Below, piece after piece: positions 1-9,883 of a DNA stretch of 52,636 bases. Source of the stretch: a virus (taxonomy: Duplodnaviria; Caudoviricetes). Within the stretch, counting starts at the first letter, position 1. Each line of letters opens with the position of its first letter. Made by a program: the position numbers and the translations under genes. The stretch spans positions 1-52,636 of IMG/VR virus record IMGVR_UViG_3300025674_000060; one strand, written 5' to 3'. The notes below the pieces were generated by a model. That model saw nothing but the letters and a program-made list of their open reading frames with translations. It was not told the DNA's origin and ran no database searches.

Positions 1-1
1 T

Positions 2-1492
2 TTGATTGCTTCGAAGTTCATGGAAGGCGGCGACAGCATCAAAATATGCACCTGAGTTACTGGCTTTTAGCCATCCACCGTTTGTAATCCTCATCCGCTC
101 CGTCGGGCTGCTCGCTCCGTCGGCGGTGGTAGCGAACACGAGCCTGCCAGGCATGTCGTTAGTGCCGGGTGTGCCGTCTACAGCAGCAGTAATCGCTGCT
201 GCAGAAATATCGCTGGTTCCATCTGTACCGTTAAAGTAAATTGACCCAATTGCATCGTCAGATTGGACAACTGTATTAGATCCTAAAGAAGTACCCCTTG
301 ATTTAACAAAAGTGTATTCAGGTGCTCCACCGTCATTTGAGTTGTATGCAAGCACCATCCGGCGCCCATCAGAGCCTGAAACACCTTCTACTTGTAAAAG
401 AGCAGAAACGCCTGCTTTATACAAATTGGTACGCGCACTCGAAGTTCCCACCAACAGCCTGCCGGAGCTGTCAATACGAGCATATTCACTGTTATTGTGA
501 TTCCTGAAAACAGTGTTACCACTAGCTCCTTGAGAAATGAAGTTGTCTTCATTTGCTCCGTATCTAAACAAGGTGGAATAACCTGAGCCACCCGTTGAAA
601 TAGATACAGAGCCGTCACTACTGATCCTCATCCGCTCCGTAGGGCTGCTCGATCCGTCGGCGGAGGTAGAGAAGACAAGCCTGCCCGGCATGTCGTTAGC
701 GCCAGGGGTGCCGTCTACCTGGGCCTGGATTGAGGCTGCCGTACTGTCTACATCGGTTCCATCGGCACCGTAGAACGCGATATTACCAACGATATCCCCA
801 TTGTTAACGACTGTCGACCCACCAAGAGAACCCGATCTGGTTTTGGCAAAAATAAGAGTAGGCGAACCGGCATCGTTTCCTTCACGACGCAAAACAAGTG
901 ATGCCGTGTAGTCTGTAGCGGCTACTTGTAATTTTGATGCAAACCCGTCAGGGGCCAAGTTAGAAGACGTGCCAACTAACAGCCTGCCGGAGCTGTCGAT
1001 GCGGGCGCGTTCGGTTGCATCTGTCCAAAATGCCATAGCATTATTGCTATGGTTATACTCAAGAACGCCTCTATATTTATCCGCGCTAGTGGTTCCGTCA
1101 GCGAAATAGATTGACCCGTATGATGACGTACCAGTTGCAATAGTTATTCCACCGTTACCGATGTCAGCTACGACAAGGTTATTTGCGGATGTTTCATAGC
1201 TACCGGGCGACGTAGTGCCAATCCCTACACGGCCACTAGAATCAATTCGAAGACGTTCAGAGCCCCCGGTAGCAATAACAAACGTATTGGAACCATCACG
1301 AAAAATCCCAGAATCAATATCGTTTAAAAACCTCAAACCGGGGGTGCTAACGGACCCATCGGGAATAAGAAACAGGTTCTGTTGCTGAATCTTCTTATTC
1401 GGCGTTGTCGGGTCGCTTACGTCGACCAGTACAAAAACATCGTTCGAGGCCACGCTGGTCCCGATATCACTCAGAGCACTGATCCTGGTCAT
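2..1492 (-). CDS. Tail fibre protein, 3' end runs off the window (absent from the ORF track)
   Basis: ATG at 1492 and an open frame to the window edge: MTRISALSDIGTSVASNDVFVLVDVSDPTTPNKKIQ... It carries ERLRIDSSGRVGIGTTSP, RIDSSGRLLVGTSS (x2) and VDGTPGxNDMPGRLVFxTxADGxSSPTERMRI (x2), repeats typical of cyanophage fibres. Confidence 0.9.
   Translation of the reverse strand, partial: MTRISALSDIGTSVASNDVFVLVDVSDPTTPNKKIQQQNLFLIPDGSVSTPGLRFLNDIDSGIFRDGSNTFVIATGGSERLRIDSSGRVGIGTTSPGSYETSANNLVVADIGNGGITIATGTSSYGSIYFADGTTSADKYRGVLEYNHSNNAMAFWTDATERARIDSSGRLLVGTSSNLAPDGFASKLQVAATDYTASLVLRREGNDAGSPTLIFAKTRSGSLGGSTVVNNGDIVGNIAFYGADGTDVDSTAASIQAQVDGTPGANDMPGRLVFSTSADGSSSPTERMRISSDGSVSISTGGSGYSTLFRYGANEDNFISQGASGNTVFRNHNNSEYARIDSSGRLLVGTSSARTNLYKAGVSALLQVEGVSGSDGRRMVLAYNSNDGGAPEYTFVKSRGTSLGSNTVVQSDDAIGSIYFNGTDGTSDISAAAITAAVDGTPGTNDMPGRLVFATTADGASSPTERMRITNGGWLKASNSGAYFDAVAAFHELRSNQ
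87..718 (-). repeat. Intragenic direct repeat in the tail fibre (about 95 nt at 87-181 and 624-718, period 537 nt)
   Basis: The DNA atcctcatccgctccgt...ggcatgtcgttag...gtgccgtctac is present twice with few mismatches. Confidence 0.85.
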
Positions 1493-1495
1493 GGC

Positions 1496-2806
1496 TTAGC
1501 CGAACACGAAGGCGTTGTCGTTTTCGTCCTGGATATCACCGCCGAGCTCAAGTTCTAGAGTTTGAGTCCTCGAAGGGTCGTAAACGAAATCGTAACGCCA
1601 GGCGAAGTACTCCTCTATAGTAGCCAACTCTTGATCAGTTAAGATACGGTCAAAAATACAAATAGCGTAGAGATCACCGGTAAACGAACCGGCCGTAGAA
1701 GCGCTACGTCCAACAACAAACGTACCAGTGGAATCATATGTAAACCCAGAACCAGGCTCGAAATCAAGCTGAACGTTATTGAGGCGGAACTCAAGCCCGT
1801 AGTTTTGACTGATTCGAATACTGCTGTAGTAGTTTCCAACAGCAGGCATACTTAGCGGGAAGTTAGCCTCAATAGCCCGCGTAAATAAACCTAAATTGCC
1901 GTTGCCGCCAGTATCCCGCCAACGATTCGAGCTGCTATTTACAGTACCCAGAATGTTGTACGACGTATCTGCGGTTCTGAATATCGTAACTACAGTCGCA
2001 GCCTGAGGTACGAGCGGATGCAACTCAGGCATCGTCAGGCTCTGGCTGCCGGCAAACACCACGCCGGGCTTACCGTTCAGCAGATTCGCTGTATAAGTCG
2101 GCTGCGCAGCGGAAGTTGCTTGAACTAAAGTGCCTCGATCATTAACGTCCTTCCACTCCGAAATCTTGTTCGCCCCGTCGACAGTAAAATCGCTATATTC
2201 GCTGTCGAACCAAAGCGCATTACCTTGCATTACCGTCGGCGGTGCAAGGTAAGTCGGCACATACTGAGAAACCGTACCGGTGTCATCTTTTAAGACAACA
2301 TACTGTTTATATTTAACGTATTTAGAGCTCCAATCTGTAACAATAGACCCAGAAAAACCTAGACCGGCGGTAGCTAATGTAGTAGCTCTAACAGGACCAA
2401 GCTTATACTGACCACCTTGGGAATACAGTCCAGAGGGATTGGTAGTAGAAAAATAGGAACCGCTCGACGTAGCGTAAATAGAATTGCCTAAATCAGCGTA
2501 CCCTCTGTCTGAGTTTATCTTATCTGAATATAAAGAACCCACATTATAATCTCCTGAATTAGCTACATAAAGGTTTTGAGTATTAATAAGACCAGACGCT
2601 CTATCTAATACATTAACTACCTGAGGCTCTAGATGATACTTTAAACCTGATATATTAGCGTAGTCGGAACCGACAACACCGGAAGCTCCAGTATTGATTA
2701 AAATATAAAGATCTTGAGGTTCAAAACCTAACTGCCTTAGGGCTGTTACATTATCTTCAACGTCAGATAAATTATTATCGACACCTAGACCGTATTGCTG
2801 AGCCAT
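1496..2806 (-). CDS. Tail-associated protein with a C-terminal ConA/LamG-like beta-sandwich
   Basis: N-terminal NNLSDV..ALRQLG fibre motif; LWFDS..ISEWKD..QPTY..LNGKPGVVF..FTGDLYAICIFDRILT..IEEYFAWRY matches a LamG-like virion domain. Confidence 0.7.
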   Translation of the reverse strand: MAQQYGLGVDNNLSDVEDNVTALRQLGFEPQDLYILINTGASGVVGSDYANISGLKYHLEPQVVNVLDRASGLINTQNLYVANSGDYNVGSLYSDKINSDRGYADLGNSIYATSSGSYFSTTNPSGLYSQGGQYKLGPVRATTLATAGLGFSGSIVTDWSSKYVKYKQYVVLKDDTGTVSQYVPTYLAPPTVMQGNALWFDSEYSDFTVDGANKISEWKDVNDRGTLVQATSAAQPTYTANLLNGKPGVVFAGSQSLTMPELHPLVPQAATVVTIFRTADTSYNILGTVNSSSNRWRDTGGNGNLGLFTRAIEANFPLSMPAVGNYYSSIRISQNYGLEFRLNNVQLDFEPGSGFTYDSTGTFVVGRSASTAGSFTGDLYAICIFDRILTDQELATIEEYFAWRYDFVYDPSRTQTLELELGGDIQDENDNAFVFG

Positions 2807-2808
2807 CT

Positions 2809-3363
2809 CTACACAGGTTGAGTCCGTATGTATAGTATAAGGTCACCATATTCTACCGGGACGCCTTTAACACCAGAAGCGATAACTCCCGAGCCATAAG
2901 TATCTGCTCCACGCAGGTCCGACGTGATCTGAATATGGCTCAGATCGATAGGGCTGATAGCTCCCGAACCGACAAAGGGTGACCCGCCGATAGATCCGAC
3001 ATCAACACCGTTAGTTTGAATATTGACACCGCTCAGCGTGCCCGGATTTAGTACATAACGACCGCTCGATACGGGTCCTGACTTCAGTAAACGCGAGGAA
3101 TCGCCAGAGATGCCGCTGGCAACTAAAAAGGTAGCGGTGTTAAGTCGGGGCTGAACGGGCGAACTGATTCCCCGTAACTGGAAAAAATCTTCATTATTAG
3201 CGAAATGCGCTCCGCTGATCTGTATAATATCTTCGCCAGTAACATTAATGGTGTACGGTGTACCGTTTACGGTAAAAGTAACAGCGGCACCTAAATTATC
3301 CCAAGATTTATCTACACTCGCTACATCACTTAGGTTAAGGGCAGCGATTAAACCGTCGGACAT
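2809..3363 (-). CDS. Putative tail structural protein
   Basis: Shares the NLSDV..NLG N-terminal motif with 1496-2806; Ser/Gly-rich; stop/start coupled in the tail operon. Confidence 0.6.
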   Translation of the reverse strand: MSDGLIAALNLSDVASVDKSWDNLGAAVTFTVNGTPYTINVTGEDIIQISGAHFANNEDFFQLRGISSPVQPRLNTATFLVASGISGDSSRLLKSGPVSSGRYVLNPGTLSGVNIQTNGVDVGSIGGSPFVGSGAISPIDLSHIQITSDLRGADTYGSGVIASGVKGVPVEYGDLILYIRTQPV

Positions 3364-5711
3364 TACTGTTGCTCCTCCCAGTCAAGAGTAGCGGTGATGT
3401 AACCTGAGCCCTGTCGAGCCGATGCAGTAACAAAAAGAGCACCAGTGTTCTCGATCGTGCCGGGAGCACCTCCAATAAACATTCTATCCGAGCCAAACAC
3501 AGGGCTAAGGTCGTATTGAACAGCTTCTCCGCTTTGAACAAAATAAGTCGCCACGCGGTTTGGATTAGAAAGCACGCGATACCCTTGAGTATCAACTAAA
3601 GCAGCTGAATTAGCTCGATTCGGCGCGTTTTCAAACACACTGCCGATGTAGGTTATTCCGCCCGCCGCCGCAGAAGTTTGCGTCACACCGCTAGCAGTCC
3701 AGGTCGGCAAGGTTACGCTGGTGCCACTACCAGGCAACGTAATAACACTTTCAGGTGCGGTCGTGTACAGAACGTCTGTAACAGTCGCATTATCCTGAAG
3801 CTCAGCGACAACACGCAGGGGATAAGGGCTTACACCACTGACCGTGATCGACTGACCCCCGGCCGTGATTGTCGTGTTCGTAGCACCAGTCGCAACGACG
3901 AAACTTTGACGCTGATAAGGCTCAAGTGGGAACGGACTCTCGCCCGTAACAGCACCCAGGGAGCTATAAGCTAAACCAGGATACTTAGAAGCAAACCAGC
4001 AGACCTGCTGAGTTTCGGGATCCCAATCAGCGGTGTTGGCTTCGGGCACCAGACCCAGACGCCAGTAACCGCCGCCAGTCCGGTAGAACAATGAACCCTG
4101 GGTAACTCCACTCGGGATCGTGCCACTGCTCATCGCCCACGCGTTGAATCGCGACAGGCGAATCGAGGTCACACTGGCCGGCAACTCGCGGTCGACCGTG
4201 ATCTGAGACAGACCCGAATCAAAATTAGAGACGTGCGTACGGTAGATCCCGGCCCCCTCGACTTTGACCCGGCGCCCGTCCAGATAGTTAAGATTGCCAA
4301 CGAGCTCACCTGAAATATTCGGGAAATTACCGCTCAGAGTCGTGTCGCTGAGACGCGCGACGGTAATCGGTGTGCTCGAACCCCGGCTAAGCGTTGTGCC
4401 AAAACCGGGCGTGTAGTTGATGTTGTTCGGCAGGGTCTCGAACGCCATCGTGACCTTGGCGTCGACGTCCGACCGCAGGCCCAAACTGATGGGGAAGATG
4501 TTTTGCTGGTTCGGAACGCCGTTGATCGAGGGTTTGAGCTGAAGACCCAGGATCGACCGGTCAGTCGAATCGATCAGCTTGGCTTCGGGCATTGAAGCAC
4601 TGCCGGTAACCAGCGTGCCATCATCACCGCCGTCGATATAAACGCTACTGCCGTACAGATTGATGAAAGCCGGCTGCGTCGTACCCGCAGTTGTACGTGC
4701 TTGGGTAAACACCTTCATAAAAGGTGAACGCAAGCTGGGCAGCGAATACTCGTTGGAAGCGGTAATGCTGTGCAAACGCACCCAACGGGCATCGCGGTAG
4801 TTGCTGGGTACGTAAGCGTAAAACTCAGCACCGATAGCGCCGTACCATCCAAACTGAACGGCGAACATGGTGACCTTACGCAGGTCGAAACTCCACGCGG
4901 CGTTACTGTCGATCGTGATCGGGTCACCGTTCCAGGAATCCCGAGGAACTTTCAGTGTCCCGAGCGTGCCTGATTGCCGGACAACGTAAAGATCTGTGCC
5001 GCGCTCAAGCTGGAAGTAATAACCGTCGCCGACGGAGTTACGAACGCCCCAGGTAATAACTTCGCCTGTGTGCTGGCTGTTCGTAGACATACGAACGCCC
5101 ATGGTGACGCCCGTAATACGACCCGGTTGATATCGGAAAGCCCGTTTGGTCTCCCAAAACTGAGTCATCACACCATCGGTTTTATCTCCGGGATACCGGC
5201 CAGTGCCATCATCAAATGGATACTTAAAGCTACGGGCTTTCGGATAAACGTAAGCCTGCAGTGCACTCTCAGACTTAATTTCGCGCTCGTAGTACCCGAA
5301 ATCGCCGTCGAACGTGTACGACGTCGGATCGTAATAATAGGTGTAGCTTGAACCGCCCCCCGTATCGCCACGCCAGTTCTGCGGATCGGCGCCGTAACTG
5401 TTGACGACGGAGAACAGACCTAACTGACGCTCATCCTTGGGGATACCCAGAAGGCTGAACGAAACTTCTGACTGACTATCGGTGCGATCCAGCGCCGGAA
5501 CCGTCGAATCGACAGTGTTAGAAATAACGACCGGATACGCAGTGCCGGACGACACAACAAGGTCGTCCAGCGGTGCGGTTACAGGTACGTCAGTGCCCGA
5601 AGCGTAGAGCAGCCGACCATCCAAATAGTTGATTAGGTCTGAATCGACGCGAGTCAGACCTGCGGGAGCGGCATCATCAGGGAGTTGATAGAACCCACTT
5701 AAAGTCGTCAT
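3363..5711 (-). CDS. Virion structural protein of the FRYQPGR type (lectin-like beta fold); paralog of 5722-7482
   Basis: Motifs SLLGIP, KRAFRYQPGR, KVTM..WYGAIGA, YIDGGD, and a C-terminal LDWEEQQ. Confidence 0.7.
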   Translation of the reverse strand: MTTLSGFYQLPDDAAPAGLTRVDSDLINYLDGRLLYASGTDVPVTAPLDDLVVSSGTAYPVVISNTVDSTVPALDRTDSQSEVSFSLLGIPKDERQLGLFSVVNSYGADPQNWRGDTGGGSSYTYYYDPTSYTFDGDFGYYEREIKSESALQAYVYPKARSFKYPFDDGTGRYPGDKTDGVMTQFWETKRAFRYQPGRITGVTMGVRMSTNSQHTGEVITWGVRNSVGDGYYFQLERGTDLYVVRQSGTLGTLKVPRDSWNGDPITIDSNAAWSFDLRKVTMFAVQFGWYGAIGAEFYAYVPSNYRDARWVRLHSITASNEYSLPSLRSPFMKVFTQARTTAGTTQPAFINLYGSSVYIDGGDDGTLVTGSASMPEAKLIDSTDRSILGLQLKPSINGVPNQQNIFPISLGLRSDVDAKVTMAFETLPNNINYTPGFGTTLSRGSSTPITVARLSDTTLSGNFPNISGELVGNLNYLDGRRVKVEGAGIYRTHVSNFDSGLSQITVDRELPASVTSIRLSRFNAWAMSSGTIPSGVTQGSLFYRTGGGYWRLGLVPEANTADWDPETQQVCWFASKYPGLAYSSLGAVTGESPFPLEPYQRQSFVVATGATNTTITAGGQSITVSGVSPYPLRVVAELQDNATVTDVLYTTAPESVITLPGSGTSVTLPTWTASGVTQTSAAAGGITYIGSVFENAPNRANSAALVDTQGYRVLSNPNRVATYFVQSGEAVQYDLSPVFGSDRMFIGGAPGTIENTGALFVTASARQGSGYITATLDWEEQQ

Positions 5712-5721
5712 GAAGTACCGC

Positions 5722-7482
5722 CTACACCTGCTCCTCCCAAACGAGGGAGCTACTCACATCCATCGTACCGGTTGCGCTGTTGGCGACCACATAAAGAGCG
5801 TCACCGGATGCAGCAGTTAACGGATACGAGAGGTAATCCTTGTTGTAAGCGAAGTAAGGAGACAGATCGATATCGGTGCCGCCGGCTCCAACGAAGAAGG
5901 TTGCCACGGTCACGCCGCCGCTGACGATGGGCACGGTGCCGGAAGGAACGTCCGCGTACTCGACGGGGCTCAGAGTACCGGCACTGGTGAAGGACGCGAC
6001 GCCTGACACGTAGACGGGGTTCTTGATCAGTTTGACCGTGCCGCGAGAGCCAGCACCGACACCCAGACGGGTCGGATAGACCTGCATCCGGTTGCGCACA
6101 CCGTTGACTTCGTTCTTTACGCGGACAGCCAACAGAGCCTCACCAGCGGTGCTCACACCCCGGTCATTAGCGTTGCTCTGGGAGCGAGCAACAACGGTGC
6201 CGGTGTCGCCGCCATCGATGTAATACGAAGCGCCGTACTTATAGATGGCGGATTCGTTGGCGCTGTTGTACTTTTGCGCGACGTAAGTAATCGGCAGAGT
6301 CGGATTCGACAGGCTCGGGCTGACGAGCTGGTTTGAAGTGCGAATGTCGTGAACTCGCACCCACGAGGCATTGCCCGTAGTTGTGGAGTCGGGAATATAA
6401 GCGAAGAAACGAGCGCCGACTGCCCCGTACCAGGAGTAGTCGACTTTGAGCATGGTGACTTTGGTGAAGTCAAAGTCCCAAACGGAGGTATCGGTCTGCA
6501 GGTTACCGACGTCATCAGTAACAGCAGTACCGTCGATATAGGAAACTAAAGGAGTATTAGCAGTACCGCTAGCGTGCAGTGTAAAGCTGCTCTTTCCAGG
6601 CGTCCTATCAGAGTAGAAGAGGGTCGCAGTTTGAGCATCGAGACGATCCCCCGAGAAGTAACGCCGGGGAACACGATACTCGTAGGTGTATTGGTTGCCG
6701 CTAGCGACTGTTAAGAAACTCGACGAAACAGTCGTTGTACCGTTAGACGAAGCATTACTGCCAATGTTGACACCGCTAGAAGCGTCCCGGAGACTGCGAT
6801 CGTAAAGAGCAGCGTGAACATATGTAAGGCCGCCACGGACGATAACCAGATCGCTGCCAGCAGTACCGACATCGCCGTCGCCAGCGTCCGGGTTGCGGAT
6901 ACCAGTCGCGTCAGTCTCGAATGCGCTGCTACGGCGAACGCAGTAGAAATTGAAGTTCTTATTAGTGCGAGCATCCCCAGTGAAGTCCTGAGCGCCGCCT
7001 TGAACTTCCCAGTAGTAGCCGTCCTTGCTGTCGAAAGCGCCGGCTTTCTTGACGTCGGTCGCATCGGTCGACTCGGAGAAGCGAACGCCGAACGTAGCGG
7101 AACTGACGCGACCAGGCTGATAGCGAAAAAACCGCTTGCTGCTGAGGATCTGAGTGGTGCTACCGCTAGCTGCGGGCAGATAGATCTTCGCAGCACTCTC
7201 ACTAGGAAGGTGAGTCGTCAGGCCACCGCCTTCGCTCTCCCATTCGTTGGGGTTGACGTCGTAAGTAGTGACGTCGGAGAAGATACCGAGAGCAGTTTCG
7301 GTACGAGGGATACCGAGCAGACTCAGGCTGACTTCAGAGATCTGCTGGTTCTGAATGCTGACGGGAACAGCAGATTGGTCGCTGGCAACAACAACGGGCA
7401 GGCTTTCCTGCATCGTCTGTTGGCCCTTAGGAATCGGGGCCGACCGACCAATAGTGATTACCGTTGCGTTTACGTCAGCCAT
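5722..7482 (-). CDS. Virion structural protein of the FRYQPGR type; paralog of 3363-5711
   Basis: Motifs SLLGIP, KRFFRYQPGR, KVTM..WYGAVGA, YIDGGD, and a C-terminal LVWEEQV. Confidence 0.7.
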   Translation of the reverse strand: MADVNATVITIGRSAPIPKGQQTMQESLPVVVASDQSAVPVSIQNQQISEVSLSLLGIPRTETALGIFSDVTTYDVNPNEWESEGGGLTTHLPSESAAKIYLPAASGSTTQILSSKRFFRYQPGRVSSATFGVRFSESTDATDVKKAGAFDSKDGYYWEVQGGAQDFTGDARTNKNFNFYCVRRSSAFETDATGIRNPDAGDGDVGTAGSDLVIVRGGLTYVHAALYDRSLRDASSGVNIGSNASSNGTTTVSSSFLTVASGNQYTYEYRVPRRYFSGDRLDAQTATLFYSDRTPGKSSFTLHASGTANTPLVSYIDGTAVTDDVGNLQTDTSVWDFDFTKVTMLKVDYSWYGAVGARFFAYIPDSTTTGNASWVRVHDIRTSNQLVSPSLSNPTLPITYVAQKYNSANESAIYKYGASYYIDGGDTGTVVARSQSNANDRGVSTAGEALLAVRVKNEVNGVRNRMQVYPTRLGVGAGSRGTVKLIKNPVYVSGVASFTSAGTLSPVEYADVPSGTVPIVSGGVTVATFFVGAGGTDIDLSPYFAYNKDYLSYPLTAASGDALYVVANSATGTMDVSSSLVWEEQV

Positions 7483-7497
7483 GTTTTAAAACTTCCG

Positions 7498-8400
7498 TCA
7501 GGGGAGAGTGACGAACACGATTCCTCTCACCATTGTATCGACTCTACGCGAATAAAGAGCGATACCGGTTGCATATACGCCAGTTGCTTCAACATTTGTA
7601 CCCGAAGTTGATAGCTCAGGAATAGCAAACTGGTACGGAACTGAAGATGTAATCAGATTCAGTTGATTCTGGCCGCTTGCATTAGTCGGGTACAGAACGT
7701 CATAAACGTTAGCAGGCAGGCCGGACACAGCCACGCCGCTCACGATCACGGAGTCGTAGCGGGAGACTCCGGGGTAAGTGGTCGTTACAACAGCCAAAGT
7801 GCCAGAGGCGCTGTTAACAAATCCGGAGACACCAGCCGCCAGTTCATCGTGAGTGCGTTGAACGTCCCAGTAAATTTGCTGACCAGAAGTCGTGGGGAGA
7901 AGATTAGTCTGAGCAGAAGAGGCCCAGACCCGAATATAACCAGAGCCGGGAGTAACAACGGTGGTGTTGAGATCAGTGATGACGTCGTAAGTCGACGTAC
8001 GTGCGTAGGAGTTTACAGTAGAATTAGAGAGATCAGCAGGAGAGCCGTCAGCCTCCTGTAAGTACATGTAGAACCCGTCCCAGGTATCGCCTTTGATCAG
8101 GTTAAGGTTGATCTCAGGGATTGACCTGTTAATCAGCTGGGTAGTGTCAGGAAGACCGGTAACAGACGCGCCATCGAGGATGGTGAGGGAGCCACCGCTC
8201 GGAACAACAATGCCGCTAGCAGTCAGGGTCCCGGTGATCGTATCGCCGTCGGTATTGACGAAACGATCATCGAGTACACCAATTTGTACACTTTTATTCT
8301 TATTAGCGTCTAGAGCTTCCGATACGTCTACAACGGGAAAATAATCGCCGCTGGCAACGGTCGTAAGACTACTAAACTGAGAAATCTTTTCTGAAGCCAC
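7498..8400 (-). CDS. Tail/fibre-associated structural protein
   Basis: GTG start. The N-terminus KISQFSSLTTVASGDYFPVVDVS..NK resembles that of the fibre at 2-1492; the central IKGDTW..DGSPADLS segment is baseplate-upper-like. Confidence 0.6.
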   Translation of the reverse strand: MASEKISQFSSLTTVASGDYFPVVDVSEALDANKNKSVQIGVLDDRFVNTDGDTITGTLTASGIVVPSGGSLTILDGASVTGLPDTTQLINRSIPEINLNLIKGDTWDGFYMYLQEADGSPADLSNSTVNSYARTSTYDVITDLNTTVVTPGSGYIRVWASSAQTNLLPTTSGQQIYWDVQRTHDELAAGVSGFVNSASGTLAVVTTTYPGVSRYDSVIVSGVAVSGLPANVYDVLYPTNASGQNQLNLITSSVPYQFAIPELSTSGTNVEATGVYATGIALYSRRVDTMVRGIVFVTLP

Positions 8401-8405
8401 GTTGC

Positions 8406-8879
8406 TCAGCCCTCTTGTTCAATTATATCGCCGTCTTCAGTAAGAATCGTGTAAATTCCTTCAGTTGGACTGTCTTCAGTGACAATGTAGGGAGTTGATA
8501 CGTCAGCCAATAACGAAGTAGAAGGCTGTAACACCACGCCGGAACTGGAAGTTGCCCTGGCAAACGCGGCGATGTTGGCAGATCCGTAAAGAGTGTCGTT
8601 AAGACCAGAAACCATCGGGTAGTAACTGGTGTAATACCCGCCGGGAGTATTACTTAAATAAAGGTAGTCACCTGCAGTAAGCCCGCTGAAGGTGTGAACT
8701 TCACCGTCGACGATGATCTGAACCGGTGCGTGTAACGAACCAGAACTAATAGCTACACCGACGGCTTTGAAACGGGTGGCGTCACCAACAACGGCTTTGC
8801 GAGCCACGCTGTTCGAGGTAACTGCGACGATATCGCCGACTCCAATGTCCTCCCCAGCCCTAAAGATGGTTAACGCCAC
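8406..8879 (-). CDS. Structural protein (capsid-fibre/cement-like fold)
   Basis: AGEDIGVGDIVAV..ARKA..AVGVA..GLTAGDYLYLS pattern; acidic C-terminal ILTEDGDIIEQEG. Confidence 0.55.
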   Translation of the reverse strand: MALTIFRAGEDIGVGDIVAVTSNSVARKAVVGDATRFKAVGVAISSGSLHAPVQIIVDGEVHTFSGLTAGDYLYLSNTPGGYYTSYYPMVSGLNDTLYGSANIAAFARATSSSGVVLQPSTSLLADVSTPYIVTEDSPTEGIYTILTEDGDIIEQEG

Positions 8880-8906
8880 TTTCGTCTTTATTTTAATTCA
8901 GTCTAG

Positions 8907-9029
8907 TTATTTTCCTTGGCCCCTGTATTTCTTCTTTCCGCGACGCTTTGGCCGAGAAAGCACACTATGCCCAATAGAAGTGGTCTTAGGCTTACGTTCG
9001 ATGAGGGTTTGGCCCTTGGGCTTCGCCAT
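8907..9029 (-). CDS. Small basic protein ending KKYRGQGK (absent from the ORF track)
   Basis: MAKPKGQTLIERKPKTTSIGHSVLSRPKRRGKKKYRGQGK, 40 aa; the YRGQG terminus is a recurrent phage small-protein motif. Confidence 0.75.
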   Translation of the reverse strand: MAKPKGQTLIERKPKTTSIGHSVLSRPKRRGKKKYRGQGK

Positions 9030-9055
9030 GTCAAATCATATGAGACACGGATAGT

Positions 9056-9853
9056 CTACACCGAAACCCAAGAAGTGCCATCCCATACTTTAAGCACAGA
9101 CTCATCTGTAGAGTACCAAAGTTCTCCTTCTTTCTCGGGGATCGGGGCGCCTGTCGAATACGAAGCACCTTTGTCGCCGGGCGCGGCCTCATACCAACCG
9201 CTTGTAGTGGCGTCAAAAATAAACAGAGAACCGATTTGAGTGTTGTACCACAGCAGTCCATCTCGGGTAGGACCGTTAAGACCTGTGCCGGAAGGAGCGT
9301 AATCGCTCTTAATAGCAAGGGCATCTGCGTTAGTCTGATACCAACCAGGATCAGATCCTGACGAGTAAACAAACATACGTCCTTGATTGGTGTCATACCA
9401 CAAGACACCTTCAATACCAATAGGCGCTGTATCCTGCACATTAACCGCGACAGCGGCGCCGCTAAGAACAGCAGCCGTATTGATAACGGTTTGACCAGGA
9501 ATATACGAAAAATTGACGTTGGCGCCTGCCGCCAAGCCGCCGGAAGTTATAACGCCGTAATCAGCGTTAACAACAGAAACACCGCCACTTTCAGTTATAT
9601 AAATTCCGGAGCCGCCGACAACACCAGGAGCAATACCGCTAATAGATGAATTTAAATCTTCTAATGCGCGAACAAGACCGCCGAAAGAAGCATCGTATCC
9701 ATAAGGACATCTGGTGTAACTTATGGTTCCCACGCCGGAAATCGTGTCGATTATTTCTACGATAGCGTCGACCGCGCCGCGAAAATTCTCAGGGTGAAGC
9801 GAACGGGGTAAATACCCGTGATTGGGGCACGGCGGACTGTTAACCTCGGGCAT
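9056..9853 (-). CDS. Fibre-like structural protein with three GxLWY repeats
   Basis: GVLWYDTNQGRMFVY, GLLWYNTQIGSLFIF, GELWYSTDESVLKVW. Confidence 0.65.
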   Translation of the reverse strand: MPEVNSPPCPNHGYLPRSLHPENFRGAVDAIVEIIDTISGVGTISYTRCPYGYDASFGGLVRALEDLNSSISGIAPGVVGGSGIYITESGGVSVVNADYGVITSGGLAAGANVNFSYIPGQTVINTAAVLSGAAVAVNVQDTAPIGIEGVLWYDTNQGRMFVYSSGSDPGWYQTNADALAIKSDYAPSGTGLNGPTRDGLLWYNTQIGSLFIFDATTSGWYEAAPGDKGASYSTGAPIPEKEGELWYSTDESVLKVWDGTSWVSV

Positions 9854-9883
9854 CAGCTACAGTACCCCTCCTAATCGTGTATT

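Noticed and set aside
6-618. Short track ORFs at the window start
   Set aside because: They are shadows or alternate frames of the real minus-strand tail fibre gene (2-1492).
6814-7611. 265-aa plus-strand ORF
   Set aside because: It is antisense to a well-supported structural gene.
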